A DNA stretch of 64,000 bases from an uncultured Gemmatimonadaceae bacterium (GCA_963829055.1 CAWHHI010000020.1:256001-320000); one strand, 5' to 3'; positions 10,560 to 22,478 are shown, counted from the stretch's first letter. Numbers and translations: made by a program. The notes: generated from the letters alone by a model not told the origin.

Positions 10560-11012
10560 ATGCGTGCACTGGCGAACGTCGACGGCGGCGTCGTGAAAGC
10601 GGAGATCGAGATCGAAGCGCCGCCCGAGCGGGTGTTTCACTCGCTGACCGATCCTGGCGAGCTCGCGGCGTGGTGGGGTTCGGACGACATGTACCGGACG
10701 CACGACTGGCAGATCGACCTCCGGGAGGGCGGGAGGTGGAGCGTGCAGACTCGCGCGACCGATGGCACCCAGATGTCCGTGCACGGGACCTACATCGAGA
10801 TCGACCCGCCGCGCCGTCTCGTGTACACCTGGTGCCCGAGTTGGGACGACTTCGCGGAGACGACGATTGAAGTCGACCTGCAGCCGACGACCGGTGGGAC
10901 TCGCGTGCTCGTGACGCATACCGGCTTCGGCGACCGGGCCACCGCCGCGGAAGGCACCGGCGAGGGCTGGAAGCGCGTGCTCGAGTGGCTGGGGGAGCAC
11001 GTTAGCCGGTAG
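10560..11012 (+). CDS. SRPBCC/AHSA1-domain protein
   Basis: IEIEAPPERVFHSLTDP..WWG..DLREGGRW..PPRRLVYTW..GW. Confidence 0.9.
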   Translation: MRALANVDGGVVKAEIEIEAPPERVFHSLTDPGELAAWWGSDDMYRTHDWQIDLREGGRWSVQTRATDGTQMSVHGTYIEIDPPRRLVYTWCPSWDDFAETTIEVDLQPTTGGTRVLVTHTGFGDRATAAEGTGEGWKRVLEWLGEHVSR

Positions 11013-11088
11013 CCTGGGGCCGAGTCGGTAGTCCAAGGTGTAAGTTCGAAGGGTACGGAAGCGAACACATCCCCGTCCCGAGTCTCAG

Positions 11089-13992
11089 ATGTCCGAGCAC
11101 ATGCCGCCCGAGGATGACCCGATCATCCGCGGCCTCCGCAACGCAGGCATCCGACCGCTGCCGCCTCGCGGTACCGGTCACCGGCCGACGCTCCCGCGAT
11201 CGGCGCTGCTGGTGATTGGCCTGGTGCTGCTCTGCGTCGCGTTCGTTCCATTCCTGGCAGGCCGTCTCACCGATTGGCTCTGGTACCGGGAGATTGGTTT
11301 CGAGCGCGTCTTCCTCACGAAGGTCATCGCCCAGTGGGCCCTTGGGCTTCCCACCGCGCTGATCGCGTTCGTCGTGATGTACGGCAACGCGCGGTTCGCG
11401 TTGCGCGGGGGCGAGCTGCGACGGCAGGCACCGGTGAGCGCCGTGCGATCGGGCGCGGACCTGCGCCAGGCGGCACACAACCTGTTCGAGCGCGGCATCG
11501 AGTGGCTTGCGCTACCGGCAGCGGCGGTGCTCTCGGTGCTCGTCGCGCTCGGTGCCGCGGGCCAGTGGCGCACGCTATTGCAGGCGGCTTACGCGACACC
11601 GTTCGGCGTCAGCGATCCGGTGTTTGGCCGAGACGTGGGCTACTACGTGTTCACGCTCCCGGCCATCGAGCTCGTGACGGGGCTCCTCTACGGGCTTCTC
11701 CTGCTCACGCTCATCGCCGTCGTTCTTCCGATCCATCTCTTTCGGGGCGAGATCGAGCGGTCGCCGCGCGGCGGCATCTCGATCGGGCCGCGTGCCCAGA
11801 CGCATCTGGCGGCGCTCGTCGGCCTGGCGCTCATCGTGACTGCGGTCCGCATCCACTTCGTGCGCATTCCCGGCTTGCTGTTCGGAGAGCATCAGCCGCT
11901 CATCGGGGCGAGCTACGTCGATCTCCACACGCGGCTCCCTGCCCTCCACGTGTTGAGCGTCATCGCACTCGCGGGCGGGCTGCTCATTCTGTGGGCCGGC
12001 ATGCGCGGTCGGCTGGTGGCGATGGCGGCGCGCGTCGTCGTCGGCTACCTGATCGCGACCGGATTGACGGCCCTCGTGCCCGCCGCCTATCAGCGCCTGG
12101 TGGTGCAGCCTAACGAGCTCGCGCGTGAAACGCCGCAGATCCTCAACCACATCCACGCCACACGTCAGGCATGGGGGCTCGAGGGGATCGAAGAGCGCGA
12201 GCTGAGCAGCGACACTCGCCTGACGCCGCAGCTGGTCGCGGCGAACCGGGCGACGATCGACAACGTCCGCCTGTGGGATCGCGAGCCGCTACTGCAGACG
12301 TTCGGGCAGATCCAGTCGATCCGCACGTACTACGACTTCCTCGCTGTGGACGACGATCGCTACCGGATCGGCGGCCAGCTGCGTCAGGTATTGCTGTCGG
12401 CGCGCGAGATGAACACGTCGTCGCTGCCGACGCGCGGGTTCATCAACGAGCATCTGACCTACACGCACGGCATGGGCGTGACGTTAGGTCCGTCCAACGC
12501 GGTCACGAGCGAGGGCCTGCCGGTCCTGTTCATCAAGGATCTGCCGCCGGTGTCGACGATCGATGTGAAGGTCACGCGGCCGCAGATCTACTACGGCGAG
12601 ATGTCGAACGACTTCGTGCTCGCGCCGAGTCGGCAGCGGGAGTTCGACTATCCGGCAGGGGAAGGCGATGCAGCAGCGTACTCGTCGTACGACGGACGCG
12701 GTGGTGTGGACGCGTGGATCGTTCGCTCGGCGGCTGCTGTACGCGATTCGCTTCGGGTCGCTCAACATCCTGCTGTCGAACGATCTCACGGATCGCACGA
12801 AGATTCTCTACTACCGCGACGTGAACGAGCGCGCCGAACGGGCGCTCCCGTTCGTGGCGTTCGATCGCGACGCGTACCTCGTGATCACCGACGCCGGGCG
12901 CCTCGTGTGGATGCTCGACGGCTACACGACGTCCGACCGGTACCCGTATGCGCGCGGAGTTGGCGACGGCGTGAACTACATGCGCAACAGCGTGAAGGTG
13001 ACGGTGGACGCGTACGACGGGAACGTGCGTGCGTACCTCGCGGCACCTAACGATCCGATCATCCGGACGCTGACGCGGATCTATCCGGGGCTGCTGCAGC
13101 CACTGGATTCGATGCCCGCCGACCTGCGCGCGCACGTCCGGTATCCACAGGACCTCTTCCAGCTGCAGAGCGCCTTGTTCGCCACGTATCACATGGCGAA
13201 CCCCGAGACGTTCTACCATCGCGAGGATCAGTGGCAGATCCCTAACGTGGCCAGCGGCTCCAGCGCGAGCGAATCACAGGGGCGGTCCGCATCCGAGGCG
13301 TTCCTGCGTCACATGGTGATGCGTCTGCCGGGCGAACGTGACGCCCGAGTTCATCCTCATGCGGCCGTTCACGCCACGGCAGAAGGACAACCTCGCGGCG
13401 TGGATGGTGGCGCGGAACGACGGCGCGAACTACGGCAAGCTCGCGGTCTACCGTTTCCCGCGGCAGAGTCTCGTGTTCGGCCCGAACCAGATCGTGAATC
13501 GCATCAATCAGGATACCGAGGTCGTCGCGGCAGATCACACTCTGGGATCAGCGCGGGTCGGAGGTGCTGCGCGGAGAGCTGCTCGTACTGCCGATCGAGG
13601 GCGCGCTGATCTACGTGCAGCCGCTGTACCTTCGCGCGCAGGGCGGACGCATTCCCGAGCTCAAGCGCGTCGTCGCGGCACACGAGGGGCGCGTCTCGAT
13701 GGCGGAAACGCTGGACGGCGCGCTCGCCGCATTGCTCGGTGGGAGTGTGCCGGCCGCGGATTCGACTGCCGCCGTGGTCGCGTCGACTCCAAGCGAGACG
13801 CCGCCTGGAGCGAGCGGCGCAGCGCCGCCAACGGTCGCCGCGGGCGCGGCCGAGCTCACGAAGCAGGCGCGTGAGCACTACGATCGCGCGCGGGCAGCGC
13901 AGCGCGCCGACGACTGGGCGACGTACGGCGCCGAGATGCGCCGGCTCGGTGAGGTGCTACGACAACTCGAGGCCGGAGGAAAGAGGCCATAG
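11089..13992 (+). CDS. UPF0182-family membrane protein, frameshifts near 12715, 13335 and 13525
   Basis: [79 protein letters not shown]. Confidence 0.92.
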
Positions 13993-14205
13993 GAAGGAGG
14001 CCTGAGGAAGGAGGAGTTGTCATCCCGAGCGTCAGCAGTTGTCATCCCGAGCGCAGCGAGGGATCTCTCGACGTCATCGTGGATCTCGTGGCTCGGCCGA
14101 GCTACGATGAACGGTCGAGAAGATCCCTCGCGGATGCTCGGGATGACATGCCCTTTTCCGCCGTCCGCCGTCCGCCGTCCGCCGTCCGCCCTCCTTCCTC
14201 AGGCT
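13985..14205. repeat. Composite: AGGAAGGAGGCC arm, nested family C element (14018-14148), (CCGTCCG)4 and inverted arm
   Basis: GCCTGAGGAAGGAGG on the left versus CCTCCTTCCTCAGGC near 14190; TGTCATCCCGAGCG..CTCGGGATGACA in between. Confidence 0.8.
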
Positions 14206-14227
14206 GCCGCCGGATGCTCCGCGTCGT

Positions 14228-14908
14228 CTACTGGTCGCCGAGTGGAGTGATCTTGACTCCGCCGTTAGGCGCGTCGAGCAGGAGCACCGTCCTGATCCAC
14301 AGCGCGTCCACGCGAATCGGCGCGCTCTCGGCCAACACCTGCGTCCCACCTTTCGGCGTCACCCGGATCACCCAGTTGCCCGGGGTGCTCTCCATGAATG
14401 GCGTCTTGGCCTCGAACGGGAATGGATCCATGAACTTCACGAACGTCGAGAAGTCGGGCTGCGTGCGGTAGACGTCGATCGCCGGCGCGTTCGCGGCGAG
14501 GTGTATCACGCGCAGCTTGCCCTTTCCGGCAACCGGTGTCGCGCCGGTATCCCCGAGCGCGACCGGAGTGAGCGCGCTCGGGGTCCCGGTCACCACCACG
14601 CGCGTCGTGTCGCCGGCGCGTAGCGTGACGGTCGTCCCACCCTGGGACGGGGCCGTACCTGCGGGCACGACCTTCACCTGATGCTGACCTAACGAGAGCG
14701 CGATGGGACTCGACGGAACGCCGTACGCCACGCTCGTGAGGCGGGTCTGGCCGTCGACGACGACGTCGACGGACGCGACCGCCGCGACGCCGGGTACGAC
14801 CTGCAAGCGACCGTCGGTATTGCCGGTAGTAGCCGGGCCGGAGGGATCATCGGAGCAGGCGGCCGCGGTGAGCAAGGCTGGCAGCAGCCACAAGGTTCGA
14901 GCGTTCAT
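14228..14908 (-). CDS. DUF4397-domain lipoprotein
   Basis: Lipobox-like LLTAAAC; GRLQVV..VDVVVDG..YG; GKLRVIHLAANAPAIDVY. Confidence 0.75.
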   Translation of the reverse strand: MNARTLWLLPALLTAAACSDDPSGPATTGNTDGRLQVVPGVAAVASVDVVVDGQTRLTSVAYGVPSSPIALSLGQHQVKVVPAGTAPSQGGTTVTLRAGDTTRVVVTGTPSALTPVALGDTGATPVAGKGKLRVIHLAANAPAIDVYRTQPDFSTFVKFMDPFPFEAKTPFMESTPGNWVIRVTPKGGTQVLAESAPIRVDALWIRTVLLLDAPNGGVKITPLGDQ

Positions 14909-15000
14909 GCGAGGCTCCCATCTTGAATGGAGGTTGGTTCTCTCAATCCTTGAAACCCCGGGGGCGCTCGGGGCGTCACCGCCAGCCGGCAAACTGCAAG

Positions 15001-15181
15001 CTGGTTGCTGGGTGGTCGTGCTGGGTGCTGGGTGACGCTGGGTGGGAGCTATGTCATCCCGAGGAGCGCAAGCGACGAGGGACCTTCTGTAATGTCATTG
15101 TAGCCGGACAGGCCACAATCACGTTCACAGAAGATCCCTCGCTGCCGCTCGGGATGACAGCAGCTGACGCTCGGGATGACA
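15001..15181. repeat. Family D (GCTGGGT-rich) segment followed by a family C element (15052-15181)
   Basis: 15001-15044 is nearly the reverse complement of 56884-56925; TGTCATCCC..GGGATGACA ends. Confidence 0.8.
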
Positions 15182-15185
15182 GACG

Positions 15186-16100
15186 TTATTCGATCGCTAC
15201 GTATGTGCCCGACGCTCGTCTCCGCGTGTTCTTCTCCACGAGCATCAGCGCATCCGCCTCGGCGATGAGATCGTTCAGCTTCACGCTCGGGCCGGCCGTG
15301 AAGCACAGTACGCCCGCGCTGATGGACAGCCGCGGGACACCGGCGTCCGCGTTGTCGTTGCGTAACGCGATCTGATGCTGGAGCTTGGCCAGCACGTGGT
15401 GCGCGTCCTCCTGGGTCGCTCCGTCCGCGAGCACGACGAACTCGTCACCGCCCATGCGTGCTACCAGGTCGGTACGACGGAACGCCGACTGAAGCGCGCG
15501 CGCCGCATCCACCAACAGCCGGTCGCCCGCTTCGTGACCCATCGTGTCGTTCGCTGCCTTGAGACCGTCGACGTCCGCGAAGATCAGCAGACACAGCGAC
15601 GCGCCGCGCTCGAGCAGCTGCAGGCGCTGGTCGGCCATCGTGAGGAACGCGCGCCGGTTGTGTAGCCCCGTCAGCTCGTCCGTGAGCGACAGCGCACTGA
15701 TCTCTTCCAGCAGCCGATGCCGTTCGCGTGCATAACGAATCGCGCGCTCGAGCATGTCGCTCGTCACACGACCCTTCACGAGATAGTCGGCGGCCCCGGC
15801 GTGCATCGCGTTGAGATCGGTCGTGCGATCCGCCTGCCCGGTCAACATGATGACCGGCGTTCGGCATCCCCGCGCGCGCGCCTCGCGAAGCAGGTCGAGC
15901 CCCGTCTCGCTGCCGAGATGAAAATCCAGGAGCGCCACGTCGAACGGCGTCTCCGTCAACAGGTCGAGTCCCGCGGTGCGCGTGCTCGCCCACTCCACGG
16001 TGACCTGACCGCCAAAACCTTCGGCGAGCAGGTCCCGGGTCAGGACGAAATCATCCTCGTCATCCTCCACGAGGAGCACACGCACCACGACGTCATGCAT
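15186..16100 (-). CDS. Response regulator-diguanylate cyclase (REC-GGDEF)
   Basis: VLLVEDDEDD..LLDFHLG; TDELTGLHNRR; RMGGDEF. Confidence 0.93.
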   Translation of the reverse strand: MHDVVVRVLLVEDDEDDFVLTRDLLAEGFGGQVTVEWASTRTAGLDLLTETPFDVALLDFHLGSETGLDLLREARARGCRTPVIMLTGQADRTTDLNAMHAGAADYLVKGRVTSDMLERAIRYARERHRLLEEISALSLTDELTGLHNRRAFLTMADQRLQLLERGASLCLLIFADVDGLKAANDTMGHEAGDRLLVDAARALQSAFRRTDLVARMGGDEFVVLADGATQEDAHHVLAKLQHQIALRNDNADAGVPRLSISAGVLCFTAGPSVKLNDLIAEADALMLVEKNTRRRASGTYVAIE

Positions 16101-16557
16101 GCTGGTGTGTGCCTCCCGGGAGCTCGACGATCTCGAACCAGTACGTGCCTAACGCGCGTACGATGTCCACGAGCCGGTCGAACGTCACCGGCTTCGAGAT
16201 GAAGGAGTTGGCGCCGAGGTCGTAGGACCGCAGCACGTCTTCCTCGGTCTTCGATGTCGTGAGGATGACGACGGGAATGCGGCGGAGGTCCGGATCGCGC
16301 TTGATCTCCTGGAGCGCCTGCCGGCCGTCCTTTCGCGGCATGTTGAGATCGAGCAGGATGAGTCCCGGACGCGGCGCGTCGACGACGGCGTACTTGCCGC
16401 GACGCATCAGATAGTCCATGAGCTCCTGCCCGTCCTCCACACAGCGGAACGTGTTGCCGAGGCGACTCTCGCGCATCGCGTCCGCTGCCATCATGCGGTC
16501 GTCCGCGTCGTCATCGGCCATGAGGATCGTGATGGTCCCCGGTGCTTCATGCTGCAT
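16093..16557 (-). CDS. Single-domain response regulator (Rcp1-like)
   Basis: ILMADDDADD..RPGLILLDLNMPRKDG..IPVVILTTS..SYDLGANSFISKP..YWF. Confidence 0.93.
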   Translation of the reverse strand: MQHEAPGTITILMADDDADDRMMAADAMRESRLGNTFRCVEDGQELMDYLMRRGKYAVVDAPRPGLILLDLNMPRKDGRQALQEIKRDPDLRRIPVVILTTSKTEEDVLRSYDLGANSFISKPVTFDRLVDIVRALGTYWFEIVELPGGTHQHA

Positions 16558-19500
16558 GCTGCCGCTCTCCGATTCGCTCCTGAGTGGGAAGGGCCAGAAC
16601 GAAGCGTGAGCCCTTTCCGGGCACACCCTCCGCGTGGATCGTACCGCCATGTCGTTCGACGATCTTCTGGCAGATCGTCAGGCCAATGCCCGTACCCTCG
16701 TACTCCGAGCGTCCGTGGAGTCGATGGAACGGCAGGAAGACGCGCTCCGCGTCCTTGTTGTCGAAGCCGATGCCGTTGTCCTCCACGAAGATCTCGGTCT
16801 GTCCGGGCGAGCGACGCAGCGCGTAGACCTGCACCACTGGCGCCTCGCCCGGTTTGTGGAACTTGAGTGCGTTGCCGATGAGATTCTGAAAGACCTGACG
16901 AATCTGCACGGGGTCACCTTCGATGCGCGGCAGCTCCCCGACGTTCACGGTGCCGCCGGTCGACTGGATACGGACCTCGAGGTCGCTCAGCACCTCGTGC
17001 ACGAGCGGGACGAGGTCGATCAGCTCCGCTTCTTTCTTCTTCGTCGTGATGCGCGAGAGGCTGAGCAGCGCGTCGATCAGACGCTGCATGCGCGCCGCCG
17101 CGCCGTTCATGCGTTGCAGGTAATCGCGTCCCTGATCATCCAGCGCGGCCGAGTACTGCTTCGTCACGCGGTCGGAGAACGCCTGGATCTTGCGCAGCGG
17201 CTCCTGCAGGTCGTGCGATGCCACGTACGCGAAGTGCTCGAGATCGCGGTTCGACGCCTCGAGGTGGACGTTCTTTTCCGCGAGCTCGTGCGTGTGCCGT
17301 GCGACGAGCGCCTGCAGCCCGCGCCGCTCGCGTCGGAGCGAGCGCACGTGGAAGAGCGGGAGTCCGGCAGCGGCGCAGAGCAGGCCCAGCACGCCTAACG
17401 TCCGGAACCACCACGTCTGCCAGTACGCCGGCAGGATCTCGAACGCGAGCCCCGCCGGTACGGAGCTGGACGCGCGCCCGTTCACCGCCAGCACCTCGAA
17501 GCGATAGTTCCCTGGCGCCAGTCCGGCGTAGGTGATGGTGCGATCGGATGTCAGCGCCGACCAACGCTCGTTCGTCCCGGCCAGGCGGTAGCGAAAGCGC
17601 ACCGCCGACTCATCGCGGAATGTCGGTGACGAGAAGCCGATGCGCACCGACCCCACGACTCAGTCGAGCGATCGCGTTCGGTGTGCCGGTGACGATGGGT
17701 GATCCGTCGAGTGTCGCCTCCTCGATGAAGATCGGCGGCTCGATCGGCTTCACCGCGCCAAGCGCTTCGGTGTATCGCAGCAGACCGGCACCGGTTCCGA
17801 ACCAGAGGTTACCCTCGCGGTCCTCGAACGAGGCGCTCGCCGTGCCCTCGAGGTCGATGAGTCCATCGCCACGCCCGTAATGCGTCAGGTCCTCACCGGT
17901 GAAGCGGTCAATGCCTTCGCTGCCGAACAGCCAGACATGGCCGCGAGAGTCGCCGAGGATCTGCCAGATGAAGTTGGAGGCGAGGCCGTCGTGGCTCGTG
18001 AAGCGTCGAACGCCGCGGTCGTTGATCCGCAGCGCGCCGTCACCATTCGTGCCCGCCCACATGTTGCCCTGGGAGTCGAGCTGCAGGTCCCAGACGGTCT
18101 GATCGCTTCCACCTTCGTTCGGGCCGATGATGCGGACCGAGTCGCCATCGAGGATAGCCACACCGCCGGCGGTACGGCCCAACCAGAGCCGGCCCTGCTG
18201 GTCACGCGCCATGGAGATGATGCCGGACTTCGTGACCTCCGCCGGACCGATCGTCGTTATGCGCCCTCGTTCCCAGCGCGCGAGCCCGCGTTCGGTTCCG
18301 ATCCACACGCCGCCCTTCTCGTCCGGCAGCAAGCAGTACACCGCCTCGCCTGGCAGGCCCTCCTTCTCGCCATAGAGCCGCGTGCGGCCATTCTGGTACC
18401 ACACGAGCCCCCCACGCGTGCCAACGAGCATCCCGTCGTTAGGCTCGCGGGCCAGACCGTAGACGCGCTGGTCGGGCACTCCGGGGAGTGGAATCTGGCG
18501 GAAGCGCTCGCCCTCTCGCACCGCGACGCCGTTCCGCGTGCCAATCCACATCCTGCCTTGCTGATCGAACACCATGTCGCGCACGAACGGACTCGGCAGC
18601 CCATCGTCCGTCGTGTACGTGCGGAACGGCCCTGGAGCGTGCTTGCTCGCGCCGTTCTCGGTGCCGAACCAGATGTCGCCTTCGCGGTCGACCATGATGC
18701 GGATGACGAGATCGGACGACAGCCCATTCGCCTTGCCGATGTGGCTTACCTGGCCATTTTGAATGCGGAGCGCCCCGGTACGCGTCGCGACCCAGATCGT
18801 CCCAGTCTGGTCCATCGCGCCATCGATGAACGCGGTGCCCGGCGGGATCAATCCCTCGGCGATTGGAGTGACGGAGTCGCCGAAGCGGAGGTAGAGGTGC
18901 CCTTCGACGCCGATCAACAGTCCGCCGCGTGCCGCCGAGATGAACTGAACGGCGGTGTCGCCCGGGAGCTGGATCGCGTCGCGGACGAATCGGTCACCCT
19001 CGCGGCGTACCAACCCGTTAGGCGTCGCGACCCACACGCGTTTCGCCGAGTCCACCACGACGCTGATGACGCGCTCGGCCGGAAGTCCGTCCGCGGTCGT
19101 GTAGTTGCGGATCGTTCCGTTGGCCAGGTGCGAAAGCCCGACCAACGTTCCGATCCACGCGCCGCCAGTGCCGTCGAGTGTAATCGTGCGTGCGTTGTCG
19201 CTGACGAGGCCGTCGCTCTGGCGGCGGCACCGGAACTGGCCGTTCTCGCGAATACACAAGCCGCCCGACGTGGCGACGAGCATGCGCCCGCGGTCGTCCT
19301 CGACGATGTCGAAGACCGAGTTGGACGAGAGGCCGTTCTCCTTCGTGTACGTCCGGAACTGGCTGCCGTCGAGTCGACTGAGCCCGCCGTACGTGGCGAA
19401 CCACATGTAGCCGAGTCGGTCCTGGTACATCCCCATGACCTGGGCCTGGGGAAGTCCGTCGGCGCCCGTATACTGGCGAAAGTTGAGCGTCTGCGCGTGC

Positions 19501-19625
19501 ACGCTGAGCGCAGTGATCGCGTTGAAGGCAACGGCGACAACGGCGACGACGAGTGCACGAAGACCTAACGATGGCCTGGAGGAGCGATCGTTGGTCGTCG
19601 GTGCATGGTTCGAGCTGCAAGCCAT
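16547..19625 (-). CDS. Sensor histidine kinase: beta-propeller repeats, Y_Y_Y domain, TM, HisKA and HATPase; frameshift near 17640
   Basis: Repeated DxxGxxWxGT/YTxxDGL units; FRYRLAG..YAGLAPGNYRFEV; YWQTWWF; FAYVASHDLQEPLRKI; NLIGNALKF; GTGIGL. Confidence 0.92.
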
Positions 19626-19817
19626 TCTCGTGCGTCCCGGCAATGTGTTTGAGGCGGTCGATGCGACTAGTAGGAGGACGACCCGCGGGACGCCCCCGTT
19701 ATAGGTATCGGGGAAATCGGCTAGAATCTGAACAGCCGAGTGGACGGCCTGATAAGCGGGCGAGATGCCCTGTCTGCCAAGGCCGTGCGCCGAGTGACAC
19801 GTCGGTGGTGCGATGCA

Positions 19818-21468
19818 TCACCTCGTGTCAGGTCGCCCGCGACGCAGAACGGACAGGACGAGCTCACGTTCTCGAGGCGTCAGCTCTCCCGTCGCCATGA
19901 GCACCACGACCACCAGCGTCGACAGCACGGCCAGCTCGACGAACACCATCGCGCCCGACGTCACCCACCGCGTGCCGACGACAATAGCGACGGTCGTCGC
20001 AAGCACCACGCGCAGGATGGTTGCCGGCACAGCGCGAGCTGACGCTCGCGCGGCGTCAGCTCGCCCATCACGATCAGGAGCAGCGATCACCGCGAGCGAC
20101 AGCACCGACAGCTCGACGAACACCATCGCGCCCGTCGTCGCCCACCGCGTGCCGACGACGATCGCCAGCACGGTCGTCGCGAGCGCTGCGCGCAGGGTCG
20201 CCGGCGGGCCACATGTGCCACGCACGTCGCACCGCCACCAACGCGAGCACCGCACCGACAGCCGCCACCGCCATCGTCACGACGGCCGCGCCGCTGGCGC
20301 CGTATCGCGGGATCACGAGCAGGTGACCCGCGACCGCGAGTGGCACAATGGGCAGCGCCGCGATCATCGCCCACGTCGCTTTGCCGGCCGCGGTGAGCAA
20401 CGCTGACGCGACCGAGATCACCACCACGGCGATCGCGCCGAAGATCAGGACGGACAGGAGCGCACCGGTCGGCGCGAACCGGGCGCCGAAGATCAGCGTC
20501 GCCAGTCCGGTCGAGGCGCCGGCCGCAACACCGGCGAACGGGAACAGCAGCAGGACGCCACGCAACGCGTTATGCACGAGCGAGCGCGCGCCGGCGTCAT
20601 CACCGAGGCGGATGGCGCGGCTCAGCGTCGAGAGCAGCAGCGTCGTCACCGACAGCGCGATGAGACCGGGCACGATCGTCAGGTTCTGGGCCGCACCGTA
20701 AATGCCGGCGATCGCCGCACCGGCGCCGAGCCCTTTGAGCATGAAGAGATCGAGCCTGTCGAAGAGTCGGAGCGACACGGCTGCCGCGAACAGGGGCACG
20801 GCGTACGACCACATTGCGCTGGCGTTGCCGCGACGCGCATCGCCGAGGCGCGGCTTCACGAACGAGCGCGCGACCGCGAGCTCCACCACTGACGCGCCGA
20901 CGATACCAGCGAGCGCGCCGTCGACGCCGAAGCCCGCGCTCACGAGCGCCAGCATGAGCACCATGCGGCCCATCCACCGCCACGCGGCGACGGTCGCGCG
21001 TCGTCCGTACTGACCCGTGCCGATCATCACCTGCTGGTGCGCCTGCGTCACCATGAACAGTGGAACGTCCAGGGCCAGCAACCGTAAGTGACGCGACAGC
21101 GACGGCTCGTGCATCAGCGCGCCTAACGACGGCGACGCGACCCACAGCACGAGCAGGCCCAGCATGCCCGTGATCGCGAACACGCGCAGCACCATCCCGC
21201 CAGCCGGACGCCAATCATCGGCGTCCGCGACATGCGCGTCCGCGATATGCTTCACGGCTGCGCGCGCGAACAGCGACGTGAGCGTCCATTCCAGCCACGC
21301 GACGATGGCGACCGTCAGCGTGAAGAGGCCGTAGTCGTCCGGGCCGAAGCGACGCGCGAGAAACCCGGCGGTGATGATTGCCGTGGGGAGCGACACCGCT
21401 TCGGCGACGAAGACGCGGGACGATCCTCCGAAGACCTCGCTCGTCGCCGACGCCGCGCGCACGCTCAC
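19818..21468 (-). CDS. Wzx-like oligosaccharide flippase with duplicated C-terminal segment; frameshifts
   Basis: LARRFGPDDYGLF, RLDLFMLKGL..AGIYGAA, LVIPRYGASGAA; many TM segments. Confidence 0.85.
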
Positions 21469-22478
21469 GATGCCGTCATTTCACCGCGTCGCGTGTGGCT
21501 CGTTTGCTTCGTGTGTTTCATCCGGTGCCACTCGTACGCCGCGAGCTTCGCGTGCGTGTCGCCCGCCCCGAACGCATAGCCAGCCATCTGTCCGATGCCG
21601 TCGAGCACGAGCCCGATCGTCAGCGTCGGGACGACGCGGGCGAGGAACGGCGCCCCGCGTCCGAGCCGTCGCGCGTGACCGAGCGTGCGCGCGAGCCTAA
21701 CGAGCGGAATGGCCGGCGAGGCGGCGACGAACGCCAGGCGGCGGACGAGCGACCACTCCGCCGAGCGCGTGTCGGCGAACGCGCGTCCGTTGAGGAACAT
21801 CACCGGCAGCCACGACGACCAGAACCCGAAGTTCGTGTGGGCCGTGTGCGCGGCGGGCTCGAGGAGCAGGCGATGTCCCTTGCCGCGCAGATCCCACATG
21901 AGGACGGTCTCCGCCTCCATCAAGGTCTCGAGCGCTGTCCCGTACTCGATGAGGACCGCACGCTTGTAGCTGCTGTTGTGACCGGGCAGGAACTCCGTGT
22001 CCTGCCGCACGATAGGCGCAGCCCACGGTCCGTACCCGATGAGAAAATCGGCCCAGCTGACGATCGAGTCGGGATTCGCGTTATGCATGGCCGGCCCCAC
22101 CGCCGCGACCTCTTCGCGATGGGCGGCGAGCAATGCCTCGGCCCATGTGGTCGACGGAAAGCAGTGCTCTTCCCCGAACGCGACGATGGGCGCGCTCGCG
22201 GCGCGGATCCCAGCAGCGCGTCCCGGCCCCGTTGGCGTGAGCGACGCCATCGGAACGACGCGCACGCCGGCCAGCGGCGCGACGAGATCGTCGTCAACGT
22301 CGATGCGCGCTGCTTCGGGCGCGACGATCACGAGCTCGATACGCTCGCGCACCGTCTGCCGCGTCAGGCACTTGACCGTGCGGCGGATGGTCTCGAACGA
22401 GTCCGGCGTGATGAGTACGACCGACAGCGCTGGCGTCGCGTCGCTCGAAGCGGGGGACGGTTCAGGCTCCTGAGACAT
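21465..22478 (-). CDS. Glycosyltransferase family 2
   Basis: LSVVLIT..IELVIV..RAAGIRAASAPIVAFGEEHCFP..PGHNSSYKR. Confidence 0.85.
   Translation of the reverse strand: MSQEPEPSPASSDATPALSVVLITPDSFETIRRTVKCLTRQTVRERIELVIVAPEAARIDVDDDLVAPLAGVRVVPMASLTPTGPGRAAGIRAASAPIVAFGEEHCFPSTTWAEALLAAHREEVAAVGPAMHNANPDSIVSWADFLIGYGPWAAPIVRQDTEFLPGHNSSYKRAVLIEYGTALETLMEAETVLMWDLRGKGHRLLLEPAAHTAHTNFGFWSSWLPVMFLNGRAFADTRSAEWSLVRRLAFVAASPAIPLVRLARTLGHARRLGRGAPFLARVVPTLTIGLVLDGIGQMAGYAFGAGDTHAKLAAYEWHRMKHTKQTSHTRRGEMTAS

Noticed and set aside
17880..19568. Long antisense ORFs (also 8434-9531, 33663-34883, 54026-55273)
   Set aside because: Shadow ORFs of high-GC genes, with no recognisable motifs
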